Notes: generated from the letters alone by a model not told the origin. DNA of 64,000 bases from Thermoplasmata archaeon (GCA_049967595.1 JBMFSK010000001.1:543-64542); one strand, 5' to 3'. Positions 48,628 to 58,791 are shown, counted from the stretch's first letter. Program-made: numbers and translations.

Positions 48628-48901
48628 TGAAAAGGTCTCTTCTTACCTTAAAAAAACGGAAAGTGCACTGAAAAAAATAAAAATAGCTGCTCCAGAAAAT
48701 TCACACCTCTGGAAAATAGCGATCGATTTCCTTGAAATGGCAAAAAGCTATTTTAGTGATGCTAATTATTTTTTCACACAAGGAGATCTAGTTAATGCCT
48801 TTGCCGCTGTAAATTATGCCCATGGGTGGATTGATGCAGGTGCCAGAATGGGCTTGTTTGATGTGGAAAAAGACCACACACTTTTTACTCTGGCATATTA
48901 A
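48608..48901 (+). CDS. DUF357-family small helical protein
   Basis: 'AKSYFSDANYFFTQGDLVNAFAAVNYAHGWIDAGARMG' matches my recollection of the archaeal DUF357 signature. There is a 20-nt overlap with the upstream ATPase gene. Confidence 0.55.
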   Translation: MSQDLSNEKVSSYLKKTESALKKIKIAAPENSHLWKIAIDFLEMAKSYFSDANYFFTQGDLVNAFAAVNYAHGWIDAGARMGLFDVEKDHTLFTLAY

Positions 48902-49158
48902 TAATACTTACTGTACTTAAAAAGAAGATCTATCATATTTTTTGCCTTTTTTTCATCTATTATTCCTTCATTCTTTATCCTGATTATATAATCCCTTGCC
49001 TCATAAATACCCTGCTTGCTAGCCTTTGAATATATTGCTCCGAAAATAGAACCCCTCTGGTTCTCAGGCAAGTCTTCAACCATTTCCTTAAGCAAATACC
49101 TAAATTCATTGTTTTTGGACATATCAAGCTTTTTCTTTTTATTAGATGTTTTTTCCAT
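48898..49158 (-). CDS. small hypothetical protein (86 aa), Lys-rich N-terminus
   Basis: Clean ORF, 'KKKKLDMSKNNEF...GSIFGAIYSKASKQGIYEARDYI'. No family recognised. Confidence 0.45.
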   Translation of the reverse strand: MEKTSNKKKKLDMSKNNEFRYLLKEMVEDLPENQRGSIFGAIYSKASKQGIYEARDYIIRIKNEGIIDEKKAKNMIDLLFKYSKYY

Positions 49159-49185
49159 TTGATAAAGTAGAATTGTTAATATAGT

Positions 49186-50172
49186 TTAAACTTTTCGAAT
49201 TTTTATATCTATTACAACATGCCATATATGGGGGGCATAGGACTTCAGAATATGAAATCTCTTTACATCGTATAAATATTCGCCGAATATTGATTGTATT
49301 TTTTCGTTTCTTTTCTTTAACTCGTCTGTTGTCCATGTATCATGATAATGTATTATTCCCTTGTGCTTTAACATTCTGACTGCATAAGGAACAAATTCTT
49401 CTGTTTTTATATATCCCATTATAATGCGATCACCGTAATCTTTAATTTCAAGGTTCCTGTTATCAGAAAAAATGCTTTTTATTTTTACACTGTTTAAAAT
49501 GATATTTTCGTTCAGATAATAAAATGATTCAGGATTCATTTCTATTGATATTACTTCATCAGGAAATGTATATTTAGCTATTGGCAGTGAAAAATAGCCT
49601 ATGCCAGCAAACATGTCTATTATTTTTTCGTTAAATGCTTCAATTTTACCCATCCTGATCCTTTCATCGACGTTTCCTGAAGAAAACATTATTTTTGATG
49701 CATCAAATTTGTAAAATATGCCATTTTCAACATGGATAGTCAAAGCATTGTTTCCATAAATAAATTCTGTATCCGGTATCCTCATTTCACCCTTGACACC
49801 TTTATACAGAAGAACACTTTTTGCTCTCAAAACCTTTGCAAATGCTTCACCGATTTCGCTTTTATAATTAAGAAGTTTTTCAGGCAACTGTATAAGAACA
49901 ACATCCCCATACTTTTCCCAGTGTGAAGGAACTAGGTTTTTCAATCCATTATCTAAGCTCAGAGCGTTTAATATTTTTTTATATGGCGTATCATGCTTTC
50001 TTTTTTTACCATTGATGTATAATATTTCATAATTTTCATAATTCTCAGAAATTGGAAAATATACAAAATCATCATCTGAAAATATTTCAAAATCAGGGTC
50101 AAGCATTTTCTTCTTTCGTAGATCCAGACGAAGTTTTTCAGCATTTAATTTATCAGTTCTTATATAGGGCAT
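49186..50172 (-). CDS. trm5: Trm5/Taw2-family (Met-10+ like) tRNA methyltransferase, probable tRNA (guanine37-N1)-methyltransferase
   Basis: SAM motif 'IDMFAGIGYFSLPIAKY'; length and domain order match archaeal Trm5. Confidence 0.75.
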   Translation of the reverse strand: MPYIRTDKLNAEKLRLDLRKKKMLDPDFEIFSDDDFVYFPISENYENYEILYINGKKRKHDTPYKKILNALSLDNGLKNLVPSHWEKYGDVVLIQLPEKLLNYKSEIGEAFAKVLRAKSVLLYKGVKGEMRIPDTEFIYGNNALTIHVENGIFYKFDASKIMFSSGNVDERIRMGKIEAFNEKIIDMFAGIGYFSLPIAKYTFPDEVISIEMNPESFYYLNENIILNSVKIKSIFSDNRNLEIKDYGDRIIMGYIKTEEFVPYAVRMLKHKGIIHYHDTWTTDELKKRNEKIQSIFGEYLYDVKRFHILKSYAPHIWHVVIDIKIRKV

Positions 50173-50233
50173 TTACCTTTTATTAACAAAACATTTATAT
50201 GAAATTTATCATTACAGTAGCAAGGTGATTTAA

Positions 50234-50428
50234 ATGGCACAAAAACCAGTAGTAGATGAGGCAACCTGTATAGCTTGCGGCATTTGCGCATCAGTATGCC
50301 CTGCAAACCCAGTTGTATTCACAATAGAAAATGTAAGCAAAGTTGTTCATCCGGAAACTTGCATAGAGGGCTGTACAGAATGTGTTAATAACTGCCCAAC
50401 AGGTTCAATTACAATTCAAAAACTTTAA
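50234..50428 (+). CDS. small 2x[4Fe-4S]-type ferredoxin
   Basis: 'CIACGICASVCP' and 'CIEGCTECVNNCP'. Confidence 0.8.
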   Translation: MAQKPVVDEATCIACGICASVCPANPVVFTIENVSKVVHPETCIEGCTECVNNCPTGSITIQKL

Positions 50429-51189
50429 ATATTTTGGTTTAAAAGCCTTTCTAAAACGTCCTTCAGACCAGGGACCGTTTCAAAATTTTTTATTTCTTCT
50501 GGTTTAATCCACTGGTATGTTGTATGTTCCCAATCAATGCTGATGTTATCACTTTTAATTTCCCATAGGAATATGTGAATTTTCCAAAGCCTTTTTCCAT
50601 CTCTCAAATAAATGAATCCTCCTTCTCTAATCAATTTCGCATCATTTATACCAGTTTCCTCGATTATTTCTTTTCTGGCGGCATCTACAGGCGAAAGATT
50701 TTCTTTATATCCTGAAACACCTGCCCATTTCCCCCTGTATGTCGAAACTTTATTACTTCTCCTGAGTAAGAGAATTTTACCATCGTGGACCAATATTGAG
50801 GTTACAACTTCAGTTGGCTCGATGTCAATGCTTATTTCATCGTTTATTATCTGGACCAGGTCTCCGTTACTGAAAATTTCAATATCTATGTTTTCCAGTG
50901 TAGGTATTTTTGTAAGTGCTGCACCCGTTACTATTGTCTCATCAGCCTTTCTACATAATATGGCCTTGGGTGCATTCCCATAAAACATTAATCCATATAT
51001 TATGTAAGACCCTACTGTGCTCCCGGCACTGCTATCAAAAACAAAAACCTTGCCTTTAATATTTTTGTTTATTTTTTTTACCAAACCTGTTTTAGGGTCT
51101 ACACCCCCAAGAAATGAAAAATTACCATCATATTTTAAAACCTCACCTGAGACATTTCCCGAATATATTACCTTACCTTTAATTTTCAT
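50425..51189 (-). CDS. fusion: AcnX small subunit (DUF126 swivel domain) + Nudix hydrolase domain
   Basis: The first 125 aa or so contain 'GEVLKYDGNFSFLGGVDPKTG' and 'FDSSAGSTVGSYIIYG' (DUF126). The last 130 aa or so contain 'GKWAGVSGYKENLSPVDAARKEIIEETGI' (Nudix box variant). Confidence 0.75.
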   Translation of the reverse strand: MKIKGKVIYSGNVSGEVLKYDGNFSFLGGVDPKTGLVKKINKNIKGKVFVFDSSAGSTVGSYIIYGLMFYGNAPKAILCRKADETIVTGAALTKIPTLENIDIEIFSNGDLVQIINDEISIDIEPTEVVTSILVHDGKILLLRRSNKVSTYRGKWAGVSGYKENLSPVDAARKEIIEETGINDAKLIREGGFIYLRDGKRLWKIHIFLWEIKSDNISIDWEHTTYQWIKPEEIKNFETVPGLKDVLERLLNQNI

Positions 51190-52348
51190 CCGTAACCATC
51201 TCCATCAGAGAACGCATATCAGAAAAGAAAATCTTCTTTTCTTTTCCAACATAATATGCAGCTTTACCTGAGTTAAGACCTACAACAGCAAACTTTTCTT
51301 GAATTGGTGAAACTACCATGCATGTATCGGTGAATACCTTAGCACCTGATTTCATTATTTCATTAACTAAATCAATAAATTCATTCTTAACTTTTCTTGA
51401 AGTAAATAAAATCAAATCTTTTCCTGTTTTTATCTTCCTATTCCTTAAAAAAATGGCTATATTTTTTATCTCTTCACCTGATAGATGTGGACAGCCAATC
51501 ATTACTACATCAGGGTCTAAATCAGAATTAATTGATCTCCTGAATTCTTCAAGTTCAGCTTTCGACAATGTTATAACATCAACATTGTCTGGGTCAGCTG
51601 CCCTATATTCAGGTGTAATTCCTTCAGCATGGAACATCGGTATACTCCCAGAAGAATTCAAAGCTGCTCCGAGCGATTTAAGCGCATCATTTTTATTATC
51701 AAGACCTTTAAAATATGGAATACCATTTTTTATTTTTGAACCCAAGTAAAGACCCACCATTGCATAATCAAAGAAATTAAGTTTAAAATCAAATTCTATT
51801 TTTATGGTGGCCTTTCTTCCATTATCGAGGTGAAGACCATAATTAGCAGCTCTACCAGTTATTGCAGCTGCAAGAGCAGATACACCACTTTCTCTGTTAG
51901 TTCTTGCCCCTAGGACTGAATTAGCATACACTATTGCCGAGGATTCCGCCCATGCTATGTGCTCTTTAATTTTTGGTTCAATGAGATAGTAAGGTGTGCA
52001 CGTGAGTGATAAGTTTGCACCAATTGACCTGAATAAATTTAATATCTCGGTTTGCCCTTCAATAAAATTCCTATCCGATGTAAAGAAGAGTGGATCGTCA
52101 AGATCAAAACCTATAGGGTTTAAAAAAGATGGCACTTTTACCTTTGTATCCTTAAATTTTTTCAAAAGGTCTATGCCGTATTCTCCTAAATTTTTGTAAG
52201 ATATCCCGGATATCTGTGCATTTTTTATACTTATGGTATTTTTTGCCTTATAATATTCGCCTAATTTTAATATTATCTCCATTGCCAGTTCATTACCATA
52301 GCCGTATTCGCCGTTAAGCATTCTTTCTTCTTCTTTTGTTAATAACAT
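51179..52348 (-). CDS. AcnX large subunit (DUF521; aconitase-X / phosphomevalonate dehydratase-like)
   Basis: 'LLTKEEERMLNGEYGYG', 'NAQISG', 'GCPHLS'. Length about 390 aa, with an 11-nt overlap onto the small-subunit gene. Confidence 0.8.
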   Translation of the reverse strand: MLLTKEEERMLNGEYGYGNELAMEIILKLGEYYKAKNTISIKNAQISGISYKNLGEYGIDLLKKFKDTKVKVPSFLNPIGFDLDDPLFFTSDRNFIEGQTEILNLFRSIGANLSLTCTPYYLIEPKIKEHIAWAESSAIVYANSVLGARTNRESGVSALAAAITGRAANYGLHLDNGRKATIKIEFDFKLNFFDYAMVGLYLGSKIKNGIPYFKGLDNKNDALKSLGAALNSSGSIPMFHAEGITPEYRAADPDNVDVITLSKAELEEFRRSINSDLDPDVVMIGCPHLSGEEIKNIAIFLRNRKIKTGKDLILFTSRKVKNEFIDLVNEIMKSGAKVFTDTCMVVSPIQEKFAVVGLNSGKAAYYVGKEKKIFFSDMRSLMEMVTDEN

Positions 52349-52353
52349 TATAT

Positions 52354-53259
52354 TTACCCCAGAACTACAGATTTTTTAATTTCTTTGCCTTTTCTAAGAA
52401 TGGATATGCTTATCTCTTTCCCTAGCTCAGATGTAGCAACCAAAAATTTTAATTCTTCAATACTGGAAAGCTCCTTGTCATTGAATTTCAATAATATATC
52501 CCCTTTTATCAAGCCAGCTTTATGAGCAGCCCCATTTGGTATAACCCCTGTTATCCAGACACCGTGATCCATTGGGAGTTTATAATTTTCTGCTATCATT
52601 TGATTTATGCTAAGTCCTGTTATTCCCAGTGACGGTTTCACAATTCTTCCGAACTTTTGTAACGATGATAAAATGATCTTTAGTATGTTGATGGGAATTG
52701 CAAATCCTATTCCTTGAGCATCTGCAATCATTGCAGATGTAATCCCAATTATTTCACTATCCATATTAACCAATGGACCGCCACTGTTTCCAGGATTTAT
52801 GGCTGCGTCCGTTTGAATGAGGTTTTCATACATTATCGAACCTGCTCTCACAGATCTGCCTGTTGCACTTATAATTCCCATGGTAACTGTTGGAGAGCCA
52901 AATACACCAAGAGGATTTCCTATAGCAAGGACCATTTCACCCACTCTCAACCTATCAGAATCTCCAAGCTTCAGTTGTTCTATATTCAAATTTTCTACAT
53001 TTATGAATGCAAGATCTAATGTTTTATCTGTATCCATTATTTTACCGCGGAGGTTTCTACTATCACTTGTGCTTACAAAAACAACCTCAGAATCCTGAAC
53101 AACATGGTAATTTGTAACTATTGTGTCTTTAGATATAACAAAACCTGATCCAGAACCTCTCAATTCCTCAAGATTCATGTATTTGTCTATCAATGTTTTT
53201 TCAACAGTAATATTCACAACACCATTCATAACTTTATCAACCACATCTTCAGGGTTCAT
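52354..53259 (-). CDS. HtrA/DegP-like trypsin-fold serine protease with PDZ domain
   Basis: 'TNYHVV' (His), 'DLAFI' (Asp), 'NPGNSGGPLVN' (Ser), C-terminal PDZ 'PNGAAHKAGLIKGDILLKFN'. Confidence 0.85.
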   Translation of the reverse strand: MNPEDVVDKVMNGVVNITVEKTLIDKYMNLEELRGSGSGFVISKDTIVTNYHVVQDSEVVFVSTSDSRNLRGKIMDTDKTLDLAFINVENLNIEQLKLGDSDRLRVGEMVLAIGNPLGVFGSPTVTMGIISATGRSVRAGSIMYENLIQTDAAINPGNSGGPLVNMDSEIIGITSAMIADAQGIGFAIPINILKIILSSLQKFGRIVKPSLGITGLSINQMIAENYKLPMDHGVWITGVIPNGAAHKAGLIKGDILLKFNDKELSSIEELKFLVATSELGKEISISILRKGKEIKKSVVLG

Positions 53260-53404
53260 ATTATTGAAATTGTAATCTATTATTTTAGATTTTGTGGTAT
53301 CTGGAAATTAATTCTGATGATACAATTATTTTTATTACATTAAGAATTTATTTGCCCTTTTCAAGCATCAAGCTTTTATAAAATAACATATTTAAAGATT
53401 AACT

Positions 53405-54106
53405 ATGTGGGAAACAAATACAAAGAAAATTTACCTAGATGATTCTTACATAAAGGAATTTGATGCAAACGTTACCGAATACAACAAGAATGAAATTGTT
53501 CTTGATAAAACAGCATTTTATCCTGAAGGTGGAGGACAGCCTTCTGATCAAGGTGAAATAATCTCTGATGAAAAATTTAATGTTCTCAAAGTATACAAGG
53601 ATGGAAATGCTGTTGTTCACGTTTTGGACAGGGATTATACAGGTGGTAAAGAAATAAAAGGTATTGTTGACTGGAACATCAGATACGCACATATGAAACA
53701 TCATACGGCGGTTCATATTTTAAGTGGCATACTTTTCAAGGATTATGGGGCAAGGATAACTGGATCTCAGATTTATGCTGATAAAGCTAGAATGGATGTA
53801 AATTATGACCTGAAAAAGGAGGACATTTCTATCATTGAAGAAAAAGCCAATAAAATAGTTAACGCTGATCTTGAAATTAAGATCATTTACATTAAAAAGG
53901 ATGATCTAAAAAGTAATCAAGTAAGAGTAAGGGAAGATCTTTTGCCTGACGTTGAAACATTGAGAATAATTGATATTTCAGGGTTTGACAGCCAGGCAGA
54001 TGGTGGAACACATGTTAAAAGAACATCTGAATTGAAGGGTATAAAAATATTCAAATATGAGAACAAAGGAAAAATGAACAAAAGGATTTATCTAAACCTG
54101 TTATGA
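53405..54106 (+). CDS. second AlaX-M-like trans-editing paralogue
   Basis: '[17 protein letters not shown]', 'HTAVH' (HxxxH), but 'DGGTH' where CxxxH is expected. Confidence 0.75.
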   Translation: MWETNTKKIYLDDSYIKEFDANVTEYNKNEIVLDKTAFYPEGGGQPSDQGEIISDEKFNVLKVYKDGNAVVHVLDRDYTGGKEIKGIVDWNIRYAHMKHHTAVHILSGILFKDYGARITGSQIYADKARMDVNYDLKKEDISIIEEKANKIVNADLEIKIIYIKKDDLKSNQVRVREDLLPDVETLRIIDISGFDSQADGGTHVKRTSELKGIKIFKYENKGKMNKRIYLNLL

Positions 54107-55179
54107 AAAAAACCTTTTTTTTCAGGCTCATTATCCAGTTCAGTTAATAGTTCTCTCTGTTTTTGTGTTAAATTTTTAGGAATAGTAACATTAACCCTGA
54201 CAAGAAGATCTCCATAACCCCTTGAATTGAGTCTTGGCATTCCTTTTCCTTTTATGCGTATAACTTCTCCGGGCTGCGTCCCTGAAGGAATTCTTATTCC
54301 TATGTTCTCTCCAGAAATATGATCTATATTTATTTCTGTGCCAAGAGCGGCTTTTGTAAAAAATATGTCAATGTCCAGGTAAAGATCATCCCCATCTCTT
54401 TTGAAAAGCTGATCATCCTTTAAGTGTAATGTTATTATGAGATCCCCTGTTCCATTCTTTGATCCTGGACCCTTCCCCCTTACCCTCAAATTCATGCCAT
54501 TTTCTGCTCCTTTGGGTATTTTTACTTCTAGGTTTTCACGAACTGTTATTTTTCCCTTTCCCTTACATCTCGGACACTTTTCTTCTATCAAATAACCTCT
54601 TCCATTGCATGCTGGGCATGGCTGAACACTTACGTACTGCATAAAACCCATTGACCTTACATTCCTTACCTGACCTGTGCCATTGCATGTAGGGCATTTT
54701 CTTGTTTTACCTTCTTTTGCACCTGTGCCATTACACTCCGGGCAGATTATTTCCCTTTCATATGAAACAGTTTTTGTATTTCCCTCATAGGCATCTTTAA
54801 GATCTATGTCTAATACCAACCTTATATTTTGTCTTGGCTCTTCTTCAAATATTGAGCCAAAACCCATATTCTTAAAAAATTGATTTAATAGGTCCTGTAG
54901 ATCATCGAAATGAGTGAAATTGTTCCAATCAAATCCCTGAGGGCCAAATTTCACACCCTCTGACCCATATTGGTCATAAACTCTTCTCTTTTCATCATCC
55001 ATTAGAACTTCATATGCCTCACTGATCTCCTTGAATTTTTCCTCGTATTCTTGTCTATTTTCAGGATGTAGGTCAGGATGGTATTTTTTAGCAAGCTCCC
55101 TGTATGCCTTCTTTATTTCATCTTTAGTTGCATTCCTGCTAACGCCAAGTGTTGAATAATAATCTTTTTCATTTGCCAT
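54088..55179 (-). CDS. dnaJ: chaperone DnaJ
   Basis: J-domain 'KYHPDLHP' and four CxxCxGxG repeats ([32 protein letters not shown]). Confidence 0.95.
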   Translation of the reverse strand: MANEKDYYSTLGVSRNATKDEIKKAYRELAKKYHPDLHPENRQEYEEKFKEISEAYEVLMDDEKRRVYDQYGSEGVKFGPQGFDWNNFTHFDDLQDLLNQFFKNMGFGSIFEEEPRQNIRLVLDIDLKDAYEGNTKTVSYEREIICPECNGTGAKEGKTRKCPTCNGTGQVRNVRSMGFMQYVSVQPCPACNGRGYLIEEKCPRCKGKGKITVRENLEVKIPKGAENGMNLRVRGKGPGSKNGTGDLIITLHLKDDQLFKRDGDDLYLDIDIFFTKAALGTEINIDHISGENIGIRIPSGTQPGEVIRIKGKGMPRLNSRGYGDLLVRVNVTIPKNLTQKQRELLTELDNEPEKKGFFHNRFR

Positions 55180-56990
55180 TATTGCTGTCCTTTATCCTTG
55201 TATTCTGCATCTACAGATTCCTTTGAATCTGTCTTATTCTGTGATACATTCTTATACATCTGGGCGCCAAGATTTTGAATCGCTTCTTCTACATTCTTTA
55301 ATTTTTCTTTTACCTTTTCTACATCTTTCGCACTTACGGCACTCTTCAAATCATTAATTTCTTCTTGGGCCTTTTTAATTTCTTCCGGGTTCAATTTTTC
55401 CCTGTAGTCGTTTAGAAATTTTTCTGAGGTATATATTACTGATTCAGCATTGTTGAGTGTTTCAATCTCTTCCTTTTTCTTCCTGTCCTGTTCTGCAAAT
55501 TGCTCTGCCTCTTTTTTCATTTTTTCAATCTGCTCTTTAGAAAGCTTTGTTGAGGATGTAATTGTTATGCTATTCTGTTTCCCTGTGCCAAGATCCTTTG
55601 CTGTGACATTTAGTATGCCATTTGCGTCTATGTCAAATGTTACCTCAATTTGAGGAACACCTCTTGGTGCTGGTGGGATACCTTCCAGATTAAACATTCC
55701 AAGTGATACATTGTCTTTGGCCATCGGCCTTTCACCCTGTACTATGTGAATGGTCACTACCGTTTGAAAATCTCCTGCAGTGGTAAATATCTGTGATTTT
55801 CTTGTAGGTATAGTAGTATTTGCAGGAATTATAGGAGTTGCAACACCCCCAAGTGTTTCTACACTTAATGTTAAAGGTGTAACATCTAAAAGAACTATAT
55901 CCTTTATTTCTCCGGCAAGAACAGCTCCCTGAATTGCTGCACCTATAGCGACACATTCCATGGGATCTACTCCCCTTTCAATTTTTTTACCAAAGAAATT
56001 TTCAACATACTTCTGAACGATTGGCATTCTTGTCGGCCCACCAACTAAGATTATTTTATCTATGTCATTCTTTGTTAATTTAGCTGCCTCCAGAGCCTTT
56101 TCAATTGATTGCCCTGTCCTTTCAACAAGTGGATTTACGAGCTCCTCAAGCTTTGCCCTGGTAATAGTCATAATAAGATGTTTTGGACCTTCATTCGTTG
56201 ATGTTATGTATGGCAAGTTAATCTCTGTTTGCAGGGATGTTGATAATTCTATTTTTGCTTTCTCAGCTGCGTCTTTTAGTCTAATGTATGCATTTTTATC
56301 TTTTCTAAGATCAATACCCTCTTTTTTAAGGAATTCTGATGCAATGTAATCAATTAGAGCATTATCCATATCTGTTCCACCCAACTGGGTATCGCCAGAT
56401 GTTGAAAGCACTTGAAATACTCCACTGCCAAATTCCATTATCGTAACGTCAAGTGTTCCCCCTCCAAAATCATACACCAATATCTTTTGTTCTTTCTCGA
56501 GTTTATCCAATCCATAGGCAAGGGATGCTGCTGTTGGCTCATTTATTATCCTGACAACTTCCAAACCTGCAATTGTTCCAGCGTCCTTTGTGGCCTGCCT
56601 CTGGTTATCGTTAAAGTAAGCTGGTACTGTGATCACAGCTTTTGTTATTTTTTCTCCCAAAAATGCCTCTGCATCTTTTTTTATTTTCTGTAATATGAAT
56701 GCTGAAATCTGCTGTGGTGTATATTCTTTACCATAAATTTTAAATTTGTAATCCGTTCCCATTTTCCTTTTTGCTGCATAAACTGTACCTTCCGGATTCA
56801 AAAGTGACTGCCTTCTTGCAGGTTCACCCACAAGAAGTTCACCATCCTTGGTAAAAGCTACATAGCTTGGAAATGCCTTACCACCTATAGTGTTGCCTTC
56901 AGCACTGGGAATTACAACAGGCTTTCCAGATATTACAACAGCAGCTGCTGAATTGCTTGTTCCTAAATCAATACCTATAATTTTTTCCAT
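55179..56990 (-). CDS. dnaK: chaperone DnaK (Hsp70)
   Basis: '[10 protein letters not shown]', '[12 protein letters not shown]', '[10 protein letters not shown]'. Confidence 0.95.
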   Translation of the reverse strand: MEKIIGIDLGTSNSAAAVVISGKPVVIPSAEGNTIGGKAFPSYVAFTKDGELLVGEPARRQSLLNPEGTVYAAKRKMGTDYKFKIYGKEYTPQQISAFILQKIKKDAEAFLGEKITKAVITVPAYFNDNQRQATKDAGTIAGLEVVRIINEPTAASLAYGLDKLEKEQKILVYDFGGGTLDVTIMEFGSGVFQVLSTSGDTQLGGTDMDNALIDYIASEFLKKEGIDLRKDKNAYIRLKDAAEKAKIELSTSLQTEINLPYITSTNEGPKHLIMTITRAKLEELVNPLVERTGQSIEKALEAAKLTKNDIDKIILVGGPTRMPIVQKYVENFFGKKIERGVDPMECVAIGAAIQGAVLAGEIKDIVLLDVTPLTLSVETLGGVATPIIPANTTIPTRKSQIFTTAGDFQTVVTIHIVQGERPMAKDNVSLGMFNLEGIPPAPRGVPQIEVTFDIDANGILNVTAKDLGTGKQNSITITSSTKLSKEQIEKMKKEAEQFAEQDRKKKEEIETLNNAESVIYTSEKFLNDYREKLNPEEIKKAQEEINDLKSAVSAKDVEKVKEKLKNVEEAIQNLGAQMYKNVSQNKTDSKESVDAEYKDKGQQ

Positions 56991-56996
56991 ATGAAT

Positions 56997-57521
56997 TCAC
57001 CTCTTTTTCAGTACTTTTACTTTTGAAGGTTTTATTACCTTTCCATTAAGTTTGTAACCTTTTCTGAATTCCTCAACTACAAGCCCGTCATCGTTATTTA
57101 ATGTTTCCTCAATCATAATTGCCTCATGTAAATAGGGATCAAATTTCTTTCCTACTGATTCAATTCTTTCCAGACCATTTTTTTCAAGTGTCTTAAGAAA
57201 ATGTTCATAAATGATTTTTAATGAATTGTATACGTTCTCATTCTCTTTTTTTGTATTTTCTAAGGCCATTTCCAAATTCTCCAAATCTTCAATAAGGTCC
57301 TTTATAATCTGTTCACTTGCCATTCTTATAATGTTCTGTTTCTCCTTCTCCATATTTTTCTGATAATTCTCAAAATCAGCCTGCATCCTTAATATTCGAT
57401 CCCAGTAACTTTTTGATTTTTCCTCCTCTTCATTCAGTTTTTTCTCTAGGTCTTCACATTTTTTCTTTTCACTTTCAAGCATTTCTGATAACTCTTTTTT
57501 AGTGATATTACTTTTTGACAT
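56997..57521 (-). CDS. grpE: nucleotide exchange factor GrpE
   Basis: Coiled-coil N-terminus 'RMQADFENYQK', C-terminal 'FDPYLHEA...GYKLNGKVIKPSKV'. First gene of the grpE-dnaK-dnaJ operon. Confidence 0.9.
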   Translation of the reverse strand: MSKSNITKKELSEMLESEKKKCEDLEKKLNEEEEKSKSYWDRILRMQADFENYQKNMEKEKQNIIRMASEQIIKDLIEDLENLEMALENTKKENENVYNSLKIIYEHFLKTLEKNGLERIESVGKKFDPYLHEAIMIEETLNNDDGLVVEEFRKGYKLNGKVIKPSKVKVLKKR

Positions 57522-57633
57522 TGAATTTTCACCTTCTGCGGTATTTTATCTCTTCTATATAAGTATTTCCCATATCCATCTTATTTTTCTGAAAACGAAA
57601 AAATATTAATAATATAATTCATTTATAAATGTT

Positions 57634-58770
57634 ATGATATTTTTTCTTTCTGAAGAAATGGAAAATTTTAGGCTAAAAATAAGAAAATTCAGCGAATCTG
57701 TTCTTGAAAAAAATGCGCAGAGATGGGATGAAAAAGAAGAATTCCCATTGGAATCTTATAAGGCATTGGCAGAAGAGGGAATCCTTTCAATAGGTATACC
57801 GGAGGAATATGGAGGTACTGATCCTAGCAAAATAAAGGAGCTTATTGCCACAGAAGAAATAGCCAGAGTTGATCCAAACACTTCAATCCAAATGGAAATT
57901 AAAAGCCTTTACGAAAATACTGTATTACTTTTTGGTTCTGAAGAGCAGAAAAATACTCTTAAGGATATCGTAGCTGGGAAAAAAATACCTGCATTTGCTT
58001 TCACGGAACCAAGTGGTGGCACAGATGTTACAGGCATAAAAAGCATTGCAAAAAAAGAAAATAAAAAATACTTAATTTCAGGATCGAAGAATTTTATTTC
58101 AAATGCACTTGTTGCAGACTACTTCATACTTTTTGCAAAAACTTCACCTGATTTCAAAGAAAGAGGCTTTTCAGCATTCTTTGTAAGAAAAAATGAAAAT
58201 TTGAAAATAGGAAAAAAAATTCATCAAACGGGTATAAGGGGTTCTGCAATTTCTTCTTTGCACTATGAAAATATGCCTGTAGATGAAAAAGATATGATAG
58301 GAATGGAAGGACAAGGTTTTAAAATATTTGCAACAGTTTTGGAACGATCAAGACTCGTACTTGCAGTAGGATCGCTCGGAACTTTGCAGAGGATTTATGA
58401 TGAATCTCTGAAATTCTCAAACAACAGAAAAAGTAGTGGCTATCCTATAATAAATTACCAATTTATACAATATTACTTATCAGAGATGCTAAAGGATATA
58501 GAGGCTTCAAGGCTTTTAATATACAACGCTGCAATGCTTATGGAAAAAGGTATGCCTTTTGGCTTGGAAAGCACGGTTGCAAAGCTATACGTTACGGAAG
58601 CCTTGGTTAAAAATGCAACCAATGCTGTACAGGTAATGGGGGGATATGGATATACACGAGGGACTGTGGTAGAGAGACTTTATAGAGATGCTCACGCAGC
58701 AACATTGGGGTTGGGTTCCTCTGAAGCTATGAGAATTCTTCTTTCAAGATACATGAAAAAACAAAAATAG
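57634..58770 (+). CDS. acyl-CoA dehydrogenase
   Basis: 'FAFTEPSGGTD', 'KNFISNA', 'QVMGGYGYT'. Confidence 0.9.
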   Translation: MIFFLSEEMENFRLKIRKFSESVLEKNAQRWDEKEEFPLESYKALAEEGILSIGIPEEYGGTDPSKIKELIATEEIARVDPNTSIQMEIKSLYENTVLLFGSEEQKNTLKDIVAGKKIPAFAFTEPSGGTDVTGIKSIAKKENKKYLISGSKNFISNALVADYFILFAKTSPDFKERGFSAFFVRKNENLKIGKKIHQTGIRGSAISSLHYENMPVDEKDMIGMEGQGFKIFATVLERSRLVLAVGSLGTLQRIYDESLKFSNNRKSSGYPIINYQFIQYYLSEMLKDIEASRLLIYNAAMLMEKGMPFGLESTVAKLYVTEALVKNATNAVQVMGGYGYTRGTVVERLYRDAHAATLGLGSSEAMRILLSRYMKKQK

Positions 58771-58791
58771 ATAGATATGTATCCTTAAATT

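Noticed and set aside
50428-50814. Nudix domain of the AcnX fusion as a type-1 IPP isomerase (IDI-1 is a Nudix-fold enzyme, which would fit a mevalonate context)
   Set aside because: The conserved catalytic Cys context of IDI-1 (NSxCxHP-like) is absent; the sequence reads 'WAGVSGYKE'. The Nudix box also looks like that of ordinary hydrolases. This is kept only as an alternative to test.
50612-51749. Plus-strand ORFs of 123 aa, 84 aa and 143 aa (50612-50983, 51017-51271, 51318-51749)
   Set aside because: All are antisense shadows of the AcnX small and large subunit genes, with Ser/Pro/Leu-rich nonsense-like translations.
53260-53404. CTGATGA motif suggesting a C/D-box sRNA between htrA and alaX2
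   Set aside because: No matching D box (CTGA) lies downstream at 40-60 nt on either strand. The region is better explained as two divergent promoters, with TTTTATAAAATA about 25 nt before ATG 53405.
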